A stretch of DNA of 46,641 nucleotides from Candidatus Pacearchaeota archaeon (GCA_036169915.1 JAVHOF010000075.1:1-46641); one strand, 5' to 3'. Shown: positions 33,529 through 42,185, counted from the first letter of the stretch. Translations and numbers: made by a program. Notes: a model not told the origin generated them from the sequence alone.

Positions 33529-33741
33529 TTATTGTTTTATCTCAGTGGATTTAATTTCATAACTTTGTTTTAGAGAATCTTCTTTCCTAGTTTGATAAGT
33601 TATCCCCATAGGTTCATAAATGGGGTTAAGAATAATCATATATGTTTGAACTTCATTTTCAAAGTTTTTTTCATCTTTCATTTTATTATTTTTCCTCTTT
33701 TTATATAACCCAAAATAGTTTATAAATCTTTCTATTGGCAA
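33529..33741 (-). CDS. small hypothetical protein (70 aa)
   Basis: The ORF ends 2 nt upstream of the next gene on the same strand. Confidence 0.35.
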   Translation of the reverse strand: MPIERFINYFGLYKKRKNNKMKDEKNFENEVQTYMIILNPIYEPMGITYQTRKEDSLKQSYEIKSTEIKQ

Positions 33742-33803
33742 AACTATTAAGTAGTAACAAAAGCTCTTATATTAAAGAAATATATCCATAATCAATAAAT
33801 TAC

Positions 33804-36419
33804 TTATCTAAACTCATTATCAAAATCATATACGCTTTGTGATTCATCAGAATCATCTAAATCTTCTGGATTATCAGAACTGTCAGCTTTTTCAATATCA
33901 CTTTTAACCTTATCCTCATTTCTTCTATATTCATTCATATTCTCTTCTTTATTTTCTCTTTCAATTTCTTCAGCTTCTTCTTCAATATTATCAAGACTGT
34001 CAACACTAATTAAATCCTTTTTCTCTTTTTGATATTTATTATTATTCTCTTTAAAATTCCTGTTTTCATTAAAACTTTTTTTATCTTTATTCTTTTTCCA
34101 TCTGTCCTTGTAATCGGGATTGTTTCTTAAAAATTCCTCTTTTTTTTCTTCAGCTTCTTTAATGTTTATTGAAGCTTCATAAGCAGCATCTGCATTGACT
34201 GAAATTGAGTTTATACCATTTCTGACTAAAAACTCAATCATTTCTTTTTTGCTTCCAGCCTGCCCGCAAATGCTTGTCTGAACTCTATATTTTCTGCATG
34301 CCCATATAACTTTTTTTATCTGTGAAAATATAGCAGGGTTTAATTCATTATACAAGAATTGAACATCTTCTTCTCCTCTGTCAACAGCAAGTGTAAACTG
34401 TGTTAAATCGTTTGTTCCAAATGAAATAAAATGAATCCCTTCTCTGCAAATGCTATCAATAACCTGAACAGCAGCAGGAGTTTCAACCATTATTCCAAAT
34501 TCCATATTATTTAATTTTAATTTATTAAAATGTTCTTTTGCCTGCCTGACTTCTTCAACAGAAATAATCTGTGGAAACATGACTCCGAATTTTTTTTCAG
34601 GATGTTTCTCAGCAACTTTTCTTATAGCTATTAATTCAGCATCTAAGATTTTTGGATGTTTCAGTGAAAATCTTATTCCATGCAAACCAAGCATTGGATT
34701 TATTTCTTTTTTAGGAGCTCCTTTTAACAAATCAAACTCATCAGTTCTTATATCGCTTGTTCTAACCCATATTGACTTAAAATGCTCTGCAATTTTACTT
34801 ATTCCTTTTTTTAATAATTCTGTATATTCATTTAAATTATCCTCTTTTTCATATAATAAAGGATGTTTTCCAGAGCTTGCGATAATTCCCTCAAGTCTCA
34901 TCAAACCAACATCAACCAGCCCTGATTTTGCAGCTCTGTCAGCACCTTCAGGAATATCTAATATAACTTTTAATTTTATTTTTTTAGTTTCAACAGCAGT
35001 CTTGACTTCAATTTTCTTTGTTTCTGCAACTTCTCCTTCATAAACCTTGCCGTTTGTTCCATCAACAGTTATTTTCATTCCGTCTTTTAGAACAGAGGTT
35101 GCATTTCCAGTTCCAACAACACATGGAATTCCAAGCTCTCTTGAAACAATTGAAGCATGTGCTGTTACACCCCCTTCATCAGTAACAATTGCGGATGATT
35201 TTTGCATTGCAACAACCATATCAGGATTAGTCATTTCAGTAACAAGAATATCTCCTTTTTTTATCTTGCTCAAATCACTTAAATCTTTTATTATTTTGAC
35301 AATTCCAACTCCAACTCCAGGACTTGAACCAAGCCCATGCACTAAAATATTTCCACTTAAATTTACTGCTTTTCTCTGTTCGCCTAAAGTTGTTATTGGT
35401 CTTGACTGGACAATATAAGTTTTTTCAGAATCGATTGCATATTCAATATCCTGAGGTTTTCTATAATGCTGTTCAAGTTTTACAGCATATTCAGCAAGCT
35501 GTAAAATCTGTGCCTTTGTCAATACTTGACTTTTGCTTCTTTCTTCACTCAACTTTACAATAGCATTCTCTCCAGAACCTGTTCTTACAATTGCAACTTT
35601 TTTCTCTGTTAATTTAATTTCTTTTATTTTCATCTCCCTGTCAACAACATAGTGGTCAGGATTTATTCTTCCAGAAACAATTCCTTCTCCTAAGCCATAT
35701 ACAGCCTCTATAACAATATCATCATTCATATTAATAGGGTCTTTTGAAAAGATTACTCCTGATTTCTGTGAATCAACCATTTTCTGTACAACAACAGCCA
35801 ATAAACTTACTCCTTCTTTTACTCCTTTTCTTGATCTATAGTAAATAGACCTTGGAGTATAAAGTGAAGAAAAACATTTTTTAACAAATTCAATTAATTT
35901 CTTGTCTCCTTTTACATTAAGAAAACTTTCCTGCTGTCCTGCAAAACTTGCATCAGAAGAATCTTCTGTTGTTGCAGAACTTCTTACAGAAACAAATATT
36001 GGCTCCTGTGAATGCTTTAAAATATTAAGAGCATCCTGTGAGACACCTAATCCATTTATTTTTTCAGAACTTAATATATGATAAGATTCAATGATTTCAT
36101 CCTCCATTTCCTTTGGAAGTTTCTGGATTTCAATTAAAGCTCTTATCTCCTTTGATATTTTCTGAAGCTCTCCTGTATCTTCCATATCAGTTGAATTTAT
36201 CATAGAAGTTATTTTATTCTTTAATCCCTGTGAACTTATAAAATAATCAAATCCCTGCGCGCTTATTACAAATCCAGGAGGAACTGGAAAATCATTATTA
36301 TACATTTCTCCAAGACTTGCTCCCTTTCCCCCTGCTATTCCAACATCTTGATTTGAAAGTTCAGAAAACCATTTTATAAAACTATTTTCTTCCAGATAAT
36401 CAACAGCTCTTTTTACCAT
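33804..36419 (-). CDS. ppsA: phosphoenolpyruvate synthase (pyruvate, water dikinase) with low-complexity C-terminal tail
   Basis: GGKGASLGEM in the ATP-grasp region, phosphohistidine swivel TDEGGVTAHASIVSRELGIPCVVG, and FGTNDLTQ in the PEP/pyruvate TIM barrel. The ATG at 36419 is preferred because a TATATAAAG box lies 20-31 nt upstream; the ORF-track TTG is at 36428. Confidence 0.9.
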   Translation of the reverse strand: MVKRAVDYLEENSFIKWFSELSNQDVGIAGGKGASLGEMYNNDFPVPPGFVISAQGFDYFISSQGLKNKITSMINSTDMEDTGELQKISKEIRALIEIQKLPKEMEDEIIESYHILSSEKINGLGVSQDALNILKHSQEPIFVSVRSSATTEDSSDASFAGQQESFLNVKGDKKLIEFVKKCFSSLYTPRSIYYRSRKGVKEGVSLLAVVVQKMVDSQKSGVIFSKDPINMNDDIVIEAVYGLGEGIVSGRINPDHYVVDREMKIKEIKLTEKKVAIVRTGSGENAIVKLSEERSKSQVLTKAQILQLAEYAVKLEQHYRKPQDIEYAIDSEKTYIVQSRPITTLGEQRKAVNLSGNILVHGLGSSPGVGVGIVKIIKDLSDLSKIKKGDILVTEMTNPDMVVAMQKSSAIVTDEGGVTAHASIVSRELGIPCVVGTGNATSVLKDGMKITVDGTNGKVYEGEVAETKKIEVKTAVETKKIKLKVILDIPEGADRAAKSGLVDVGLMRLEGIIASSGKHPLLYEKEDNLNEYTELLKKGISKIAEHFKSIWVRTSDIRTDEFDLLKGAPKKEINPMLGLHGIRFSLKHPKILDAELIAIRKVAEKHPEKKFGVMFPQIISVEEVRQAKEHFNKLKLNNMEFGIMVETPAAVQVIDSICREGIHFISFGTNDLTQFTLAVDRGEEDVQFLYNELNPAIFSQIKKVIWACRKYRVQTSICGQAGSKKEMIEFLVRNGINSISVNADAAYEASINIKEAEEKKEEFLRNNPDYKDRWKKNKDKKSFNENRNFKENNNKYQKEKKDLISVDSLDNIEEEAEEIERENKEENMNEYRRNEDKVKSDIEKADSSDNPEDLDDSDESQSVYDFDNEFR

Positions 36420-36533
36420 AATAATCAAAAACGCTTAATCAATATATAAAGTTTGTGTCAATAACAGACTATCTTAGTTTACAAAAAACAAACCAATAAA
36501 AACCTTTAAAAGTACTGAAAAATTTAGATATTC

Positions 36534-36920
36534 ATGAAGCCAACCCAAAGACTATTAATAACTTTAATAGCAGGATTAATTTTAATAGTATCTTTTTATT
36601 TTATAACAGGTTTAATAACAAAATATACAGGGCTTTTTGTTCTGGAAAAACCAATAGATAAAACAAAATCTTTTAAAGATTGTTTAATGGAAAATGATAT
36701 TACTGTTTTTATTAATTCAGAAAAATCATTTGAAACACTTAAAGGACTTCAGTTGTTTGAATATTTAGATTCAATAGATTCTTTTAATTGTTTAAGAGAC
36801 AATAAATTTTGTTTAATCAAGGGAATTAACTCTTTTCCATCATGGATTATAAATGGAGAAAAAATTTCAGGAGATATCTCGCTTTCAGATTTATCTAAAT
36901 TAACTGGATGCAAATTGTAA
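36534..36920 (+). CDS. membrane-anchored thioredoxin-fold paralog lacking CxxC
   Basis: Same architecture and C-terminus (FPSWIINGEKISG...LTGC) as the 7096-7452 protein (TPTWIINDKKIQG...LAGC). The stretch aligned with CSHC contains no Cys (SEKSFE). Confidence 0.55.
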   Translation: MKPTQRLLITLIAGLILIVSFYFITGLITKYTGLFVLEKPIDKTKSFKDCLMENDITVFINSEKSFETLKGLQLFEYLDSIDSFNCLRDNKFCLIKGINSFPSWIINGEKISGDISLSDLSKLTGCKL

Positions 36921-36937
36921 GGAGGAATTTTAAAAAA

Positions 36938-37117
36938 ATGGTGACAATTGACAAAAACAAATGTATAGGATGCGGAGCATGTGCTTCAGTATGTGAAGCT
37001 GTTTTTGAAATGAAAGATGATGGAAAAGCTCATGTTAAAAAAGGCCAGGAAAAGTCTAAAGACTCCTGTGTTAAAGAAGCTGCAGAATCCTGCCCTGTTG
37101 AAGCTATAAAGATTTAA
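36938..37117 (+). CDS. fdx: small [4Fe-4S]/[3Fe-4S] ferredoxin (59 aa)
   Basis: CIGCGACASVCE ... CP motif. GGAGG at 36921-36925 precedes the ATG at 36938; the ORF-track start is 36908. Confidence 0.8.
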   Translation: MVTIDKNKCIGCGACASVCEAVFEMKDDGKAHVKKGQEKSKDSCVKEAAESCPVEAIKI

Positions 37118-39690
37118 AATCTTGCAATTATAACAATGACTAATATAATAAATAATATTAGCAAAATCAATAAAAAAACAGGCCAAAAATACCTATTAGT
37201 GTTTTCAGTACTTGTAACAGCTTTGCTTAATTCTATTGTTTGAACACTTTCATTTATAGCATTAGATTCAACATTTTCATTATAAATTACAGGAGATAAA
37301 ATACCATTAGTTGTTTGATTATTCTCAACAAAAGGATAATTTTCATTATCAGGATTATAAATTCCTCCATCACTAAGATCTTTACATTTTCCATTTTCAC
37401 AATCATGACTGCATTCTGAAACTAATTGTTTAGTGGTATTTTTCTGGCATTTTCCAACTTGGCATGAAAAATGAGTTAAATCTTTGTAAACATCACTTCC
37501 ACTGCAGTATTTTTCTGAAAAATAATCTTTAGTGCAATCAGAATCAATTACACATTCTCCAATGCATAATCCATTTGAGCATCCATTAGTGCAGTTTTTA
37601 GTTAATTTATTTTCAGTTATATTTGTGCATACACTTGCTGTTGTTCCAGCATTATTGCATGTAAATGTAATAAATTTATCATAAGAATTATTAGCATCAC
37701 AAAATAATTGCCCTAAATATCTATTGATTCCGCAGTCAGAATTATTTAAACAAGCTATAGAATTATGCTGACAAGAACTCTGAACTGTTCCTGGATTCAA
37801 ACATTTATCTTCTGTTCTAGGATTATTATCATTGCAGTCATTATCACTATCACAAGCAGCTTCACTGCAAACTCCATTTAAACATTTTTGAGTTTCATAA
37901 CAAATTGTTTTTTCTTTTGCAACACTTAAACTTGTACATGTACTTGAAGCTGTTCCAGCATCATTACAAGTATAGGTTATAAAATTTTGAAATATGTTTT
38001 TGCTTCCAGATTGACAGAAATTATTTCCTATAAACCCATCACATCCGCAATCTCCATTAGTTGAACAAATTATATTATTATGCTCACATTTTGAATTAAC
38101 TGTTCCAGGATTGATGCATTTATCTTCTGTCTTTGGATTATTGTCATTACATTGAGAATCAGAACTGCAGGTTATATCAGCGCATTTGTTATTAGAGCAA
38201 ATCTGATTTGTTCTGCATTCCTGCACTAATCTTTCCTCACTTGAATTAGTACATAAGCTAAAAATAGTTCCAGGGTTATTGCATGTAAATGTTTTGTAAA
38301 CATCATAAATATCATTATTTTTACATCTAAGCATATTCAAAAATCCATCATATCCGCAATCTGCATTATTTGAGCATGTAATATTATTATGCTGACAAGA
38401 ACTCTGAACTGTTCCTGGATTCAAACATTTATCTTCTGTTCTAGGATTATTATCATTGCAGTCATTATCATTAAAGCATTCTATTTTAACACATTTATTA
38501 TTTATACATGATTTTCCATCAGAACAATCTGCATTTGAAGAACATTCAGGATTGCAAAATCCAGAAGAACATCCTTTTGCACAAACTTCTATTAAAGTTT
38601 CTTCTTCTTTCCATGTTCCAAAGCATTCTCCATCAGAACATCCTTTTTCATTGCACAATCTTGAATGATAAGCATTATTCTGATAACAATAAGGACTTTC
38701 ATAATTATTGCAAACATTTTCTCCGCAATCAATTAAGAATGTTGGAACTGTTGTAATCTTGCATGAGCTTTGAATAGTTCCGGGATTCAGACATTTTGAT
38801 TCTTGATAATTTTTAAAAACATCATTACTAGAGCAGAATTCAGCTCCAAAAAATCCACTAAAACCACAATCATTATCAACTATACATTTTATAGCTGTAT
38901 GATTACAATAACTTTCAGAATTTCCAGGATTAATGCATTGATCATATGTATATAAATTATCATCATCACATTCTAAGTTTGAAGAACATGCTATTTCTCT
39001 GCATGTTATTCCATAATCAAGATGTCCATAAGAATAAGTTGATGTTGCTGCCCATTGTAATTTTTCCCATTGAGTTCCATTCCAGGCCAATTCCCAGTTT
39101 CCACCATTACACCAGCTTGCAGGCCTAAAATTTATTACATCTGAATATCCTTTTAATTCACAGATTTTTTTTGCAGACTCAATACTTGACATAAACTCTG
39201 TCCCTGAAGAAAGGGTCTGTAAAGGTGATCCTGCATGCAATTCTTTATAACTTATTTCAACTGAATTAGTAAAATCAAGTCTTGAAATTTCTCCAGGATT
39301 CATGTTTCTACAAGTTAATGTCCTTATGACAGGGGGGTGTTGACATGGATCTCCATTTATATAAGCATGTGAACCTTTTGTTATCCACTGATTAGTTGTT
39401 GTATCCCAATATTTTATATTTACACTTCCTGTCCATGAAGCTGCAACAGCATAAGGATTTCCAAAGCTTTCAGCAACAGGATAAGTTCCATTTGTTTTTT
39501 CAATGCATAATTTTGTGGCAGTAGCAGTATTTGCAATATATTTTGCATCAAAACTTGTGAATGTTATATTAGAAGCAGAAACAAAACCAGTTGATAAAAC
39601 AATAAAGCTTAGAAAAATAATTATATTAAATATTCGTACAAAATAAAGGTTATTTTTTAATTCTTGTTCTTTATGGTTTAAGGGTTTCAT
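37114..39690 (-). CDS. large cysteine-rich repeat surface protein with C-terminal membrane anchor
   Basis: The ATG at 39690 is preceded by GAGGTGGT with a 10-nt spacer; the ORF-track GTG is at 39705. It has an N-terminal signal/anchor and at least four modules of the form C..D.DCNDNNP(R/K)TEDKC(L/I)NPGTV.S.C.HN.I.C..N.DCG. The C-terminal TM helix is FWPVFLLILLILFIILVIVII. Confidence 0.75.
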   Translation of the reverse strand: MKPLNHKEQELKNNLYFVRIFNIIIFLSFIVLSTGFVSASNITFTSFDAKYIANTATATKLCIEKTNGTYPVAESFGNPYAVAASWTGSVNIKYWDTTTNQWITKGSHAYINGDPCQHPPVIRTLTCRNMNPGEISRLDFTNSVEISYKELHAGSPLQTLSSGTEFMSSIESAKKICELKGYSDVINFRPASWCNGGNWELAWNGTQWEKLQWAATSTYSYGHLDYGITCREIACSSNLECDDDNLYTYDQCINPGNSESYCNHTAIKCIVDNDCGFSGFFGAEFCSSNDVFKNYQESKCLNPGTIQSSCKITTVPTFLIDCGENVCNNYESPYCYQNNAYHSRLCNEKGCSDGECFGTWKEEETLIEVCAKGCSSGFCNPECSSNADCSDGKSCINNKCVKIECFNDNDCNDNNPRTEDKCLNPGTVQSSCQHNNITCSNNADCGYDGFLNMLRCKNNDIYDVYKTFTCNNPGTIFSLCTNSSEERLVQECRTNQICSNNKCADITCSSDSQCNDNNPKTEDKCINPGTVNSKCEHNNIICSTNGDCGCDGFIGNNFCQSGSKNIFQNFITYTCNDAGTASSTCTSLSVAKEKTICYETQKCLNGVCSEAACDSDNDCNDNNPRTEDKCLNPGTVQSSCQHNSIACLNNSDCGINRYLGQLFCDANNSYDKFITFTCNNAGTTASVCTNITENKLTKNCTNGCSNGLCIGECVIDSDCTKDYFSEKYCSGSDVYKDLTHFSCQVGKCQKNTTKQLVSECSHDCENGKCKDLSDGGIYNPDNENYPFVENNQTTNGILSPVIYNENVESNAINESVQTIELSKAVTSTENTNRYFWPVFLLILLILFIILVIVIIARF
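37550..38485 (-). repeat. three tandem ~312-nt (104-aa) coding repeats inside the Cys-rich gene (boundaries approximate)
   Basis: An 84-nt stretch is identical between 37763-37846 and 38387-38470, which is 624 nt = 2 units apart. A diverged copy lies about 38075-38158. A more distant fourth module is near 38900-38990. Confidence 0.7.
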
Positions 39691-39828
39691 TAACCCCCCT
39701 ACCACCTCAGTCTCTTATTTATGCTATTAAGATAGTTAAAAACCCAAAAGATGATTTATAAATAGTGCTATAATGCAATATATACTTTAAAAGACATACG
39801 TCCGCAACAAGTATAATTATTTGAAAAT

Positions 39829-39890
39829 CAAAAAAACAATGTGCCACCACACACTAAAATGTGTGGTTTGTGACAGGCACTTGTTTTTTG
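39829..39890. other. nested inverted repeat A (candidate structured RNA or operator)
   Basis: The outer arms CAAAAAAACAATGTGCC / GGCACTTGTTTTTTG form 15 bp with 2 one-nt bulges. The inner arms ACCACACA (39846-39853) / TGTGTGGT (39860-39867) enclose the loop CTAAAA. Eight nt (39868-39875) are unpaired on the 3' side only. Confidence 0.5.
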
Positions 39891-39895
39891 GATGC

Positions 39896-39954
39896 TCAAG
39901 AATTGAAAACCACATCTTAAAAGATGTGGTATTTTACTTGTATTCAATTCTTGA
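39896..39954. other. nested inverted repeat B (candidate structured RNA or operator)
   Basis: The outer arms TCAAGAATTGAA (39896-39907) / TTCAATTCTTGA (39943-39954) form 12 perfect bp. The inner arms ACCACATCTT (39909-39918) / AAGATGTGGT (39921-39930) form 10 perfect bp. Twelve nt (39931-39942) are unpaired on the 3' side only. Confidence 0.5.
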
Positions 39955-39993
39955 CATAACAAGATTTATATAAGATTTATTATCAAACTTTTC

Positions 39994-40323
39994 ATGAGAA
40001 TAAAAAAACTTTCAGGATTAACAGCGTTAGTAGGTTCAATAGTAACCGGAACAGTTCTGCTTTTTTCAAATTCTTCACATGCATACAATAATCATAGGCA
40101 TTCTAATTTTAATAATAATCCAACTTTGAATAATTATTCAACATCCAATAGCCCTACACCTTATTTTAATTATTATCATCCTCAAGATGATTCATCTAAC
40201 AGACAATCTAATTTAAATGGAAATATAGAAGATTTTCCATTTGGATTTGCAGCACTGACAATTGCAATGTTAGCAACAATGTATTTTATGATAAGAAAGG
40301 GTAAAAGCAGTTTTAATTCTTAA
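39994..40323 (+). CDS. secreted Asn/Ser/Tyr-rich low-complexity protein with C-terminal TM anchor (109 aa)
   Basis: Sec signal (..SNSSHA/Y), an N/S/Y/P-rich segment, then the hydrophobic FGFAALTIAMLATMYFMI followed by RKGK. Confidence 0.5.
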   Translation: MRIKKLSGLTALVGSIVTGTVLLFSNSSHAYNNHRHSNFNNNPTLNNYSTSNSPTPYFNYYHPQDDSSNRQSNLNGNIEDFPFGFAALTIAMLATMYFMIRKGKSSFNS

Positions 40324-40612
40324 TTTTTCTTTTCTTTTTAACATTAACAGATTCTGCCTTCATCATTCTTTCAGTCATGATTTTTTCTCTTGATTTTCTT
40401 ATAAAATGAAATATTTCAGCTAAAATATAAGCACCAAGAAAAATTAGCACAATATAACCATTTTTAGTGTAGAATAACAAAATTAAAGATATGATTATTG
40501 CAATAGCAAACACATAAAAAATAAGCTTGACAATCCATCTCATAAGAAAAAAATTAATTCCATTTATAAATTCAAATATTTTTCCAAAAAATTCTTGAAT
40601 TAATAATCCCAT
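40313..40612 (-). CDS. small membrane protein (99 aa)
   Basis: Two hydrophobic helices and a basic C-terminus. Confidence 0.45.
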   Translation of the reverse strand: MGLLIQEFFGKIFEFINGINFFLMRWIVKLIFYVFAIAIIISLILLFYTKNGYIVLIFLGAYILAEIFHFIRKSREKIMTERMMKAESVNVKKKRKIKN

Positions 40613-40657
40613 AATTACAAAAAGATTTTTGAGTTTAAATACCTAATTCTTTTATAT

Positions 40658-40972
40658 TCAACTTCTTAATTTCTTTAAGAATATTCCAATAATAGAACCA
40701 ATCATCCCATATTGCAGAATCGGTATGATAAAAAATATTATTGTAACAAGTGCATTTTGTTTTACAAAGCCCAATGCATCAAATAAAAAGATATAAACTG
40801 TTGGAAAATAAGCTAAGAATTCAATTATTCTACTGAACCAGCAGAGATTAAAATTCTTTAAGCATAATCCATTGAAGAAAAAATTTAAAAGACTTATAAT
40901 AGAACCTATAATGATTCCATCTAAAAGACATTTATCCCATATTTTATCATGTCTTTTTTTGTCTATTTTCAT
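40658..40972 (-). CDS. small membrane protein (104 aa from ATG at 40972)
   Basis: Three hydrophobic segments. The ATG lies 2 nt after the GTPase stop; the ORF-track GTG is at 40978. Confidence 0.45.
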   Translation of the reverse strand: MKIDKKRHDKIWDKCLLDGIIIGSIISLLNFFFNGLCLKNFNLCWFSRIIEFLAYFPTVYIFLFDALGFVKQNALVTIIFFIIPILQYGMIGSIIGIFLKKLRS

Positions 40973-40974
40973 AT

Positions 40975-41826
40975 TCACAATCTCAATCTTCCATCCTGCC
41001 AGTCACTTATTATATTTTCCATTACTCTGTTTTCATCAATAATTCCTCCTTTGATTAAATATCTTTTTCTTTTTCCAATCTTATCAAGGATTCCATAAAA
41101 ATCTTCGTTTTCATTATCATCTATAAAAATATCAAAATGTTTTTCAAATGCTCTTTTATTTTTTGCCATAAATAATTTAATAATTGCATTTGCAACAACT
41201 TCTGGACTTTTTAATTGTTCATTGTTTCTTGCTCCAATCAAGCCATATCTTAAGTCATCATCTTTTTTTAATGGAATTACTCCAGGGCTATCAATTAACT
41301 TGATTTCATTGCTTATTCTAATCCAGTGCATTCCATGAGTTGTACCAGGTTTTTTGCTGACTTTTACTTTTATCTTATGAGCCATTGCATTTATAAGAGA
41401 AGATTTTCCAACATTAGGATATCCAAGAATTCCTACAACAATATCTGCTCTTGCTTCTCTATGCAAGTTTTTTTTGTTTTTCTTTTCCATGATTTCATCA
41501 ACAGGCCTTTTTCCATGCTCTTGAAAAACTTTTTTTATTGTTTGAAGCAGATTTTGAACTGATCTTTTATCTTTCATTGAAGTAAACACGACATATCCAT
41601 CTTTTTCCAAGCTTTCAATTTGAGAATTTATATCCTCTCTTGAAGCTAAATCACTTTTATTCACAACAAAAATAACTGGTCTGTTAATTTCCTTTACAAG
41701 TCTTTCAACTTCTTCATTTCTTGATAAATCAATTAATCTTGCATCCAATACTTCTAATACAATATCAGATTCATTTATTATTGTTTCAACTAAATCCCAA
41801 TAAGGTTTAATATTCGTGCTTTTCAT
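40975..41826 (-). CDS. circularly permuted ribosome-biogenesis GTPase (YlqF/RbgA/YawG-like)
   Basis: The G-motif order is permuted: G4 VVNKSDL comes before G1 GYPNVGKSSLIN, G2 GTT and G3 DSPG. Confidence 0.8.
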   Translation of the reverse strand: MKSTNIKPYWDLVETIINESDIVLEVLDARLIDLSRNEEVERLVKEINRPVIFVVNKSDLASREDINSQIESLEKDGYVVFTSMKDKRSVQNLLQTIKKVFQEHGKRPVDEIMEKKNKKNLHREARADIVVGILGYPNVGKSSLINAMAHKIKVKVSKKPGTTHGMHWIRISNEIKLIDSPGVIPLKKDDDLRYGLIGARNNEQLKSPEVVANAIIKLFMAKNKRAFEKHFDIFIDDNENEDFYGILDKIGKRKRYLIKGGIIDENRVMENIISDWQDGRLRL

Positions 41827-41906
41827 TAAAATACTAATTAAATCAAGCTTAAAAGAGTTTTGACTGATAAAAGATTTAAAGAAAATTAAATTACTGTAAA
41901 AATCAA

Positions 41907-42185
41907 TTAAACCTTAGGAAATCTAGTAATTCCTTGTCTTAGTTTATCTGACATATCTTCTAATTTTACTCTTGATTCAGAAGGAATTTCGTCAGTTCCA
42001 TCAACAGTTTCTCCAACATTAACATATTGCCTTAAATCATGTTCTCTTCCACACTTAGGACAGATGATTGAAGAAGGTTTTCTTCTTTTTCTGGAAACAC
42101 CTTCTACAAAGTAAGCTTTTTCAGATATGTTATCAGTATGGAGTATTCCTAATTGGGCATAGCATTGTGGATTTCTACAAATCAT
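41907..42185 (-). CDS. zinc-ribbon protein (92 aa)
   Basis: CRNPQC ... CPKCG form a pair of CxxC knuckles. Confidence 0.5.
   Translation of the reverse strand: MICRNPQCYAQLGILHTDNISEKAYFVEGVSRKRRKPSSIICPKCGREHDLRQYVNVGETVDGTDEIPSESRVKLEDMSDKLRQGITRFPKV

Noticed and set aside
34579-35563. Long plus-strand ORFs (154, 123 and 79 aa) antisense to ppsA
   Set aside because: They lie entirely inside a confidently identified gene on the other strand. Their sequences are low-complexity S/F/I/P-rich, as expected from antisense translation of biased codons, and they have no promoter or SD context.
38456-39128. Plus-strand ORFs (60-82 aa) inside the Cys-rich repeat gene
   Set aside because: They are antisense to the repeat gene. 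The repeat structure and Cys pattern are coherent only on the minus strand.
39829-39954. Interpretation of the tandem hairpins as an archaeal H/ACA or C/D box guide RNA
   Set aside because: An ACA triplet does follow hairpin B (39954-39956). However, the internal loops are unpaired on one strand only, so there is no two-sided pseudouridylation pocket. I see no K-turn/K-loop GA pairs and no C (RUGAUGA) or D (CUGA) boxes.
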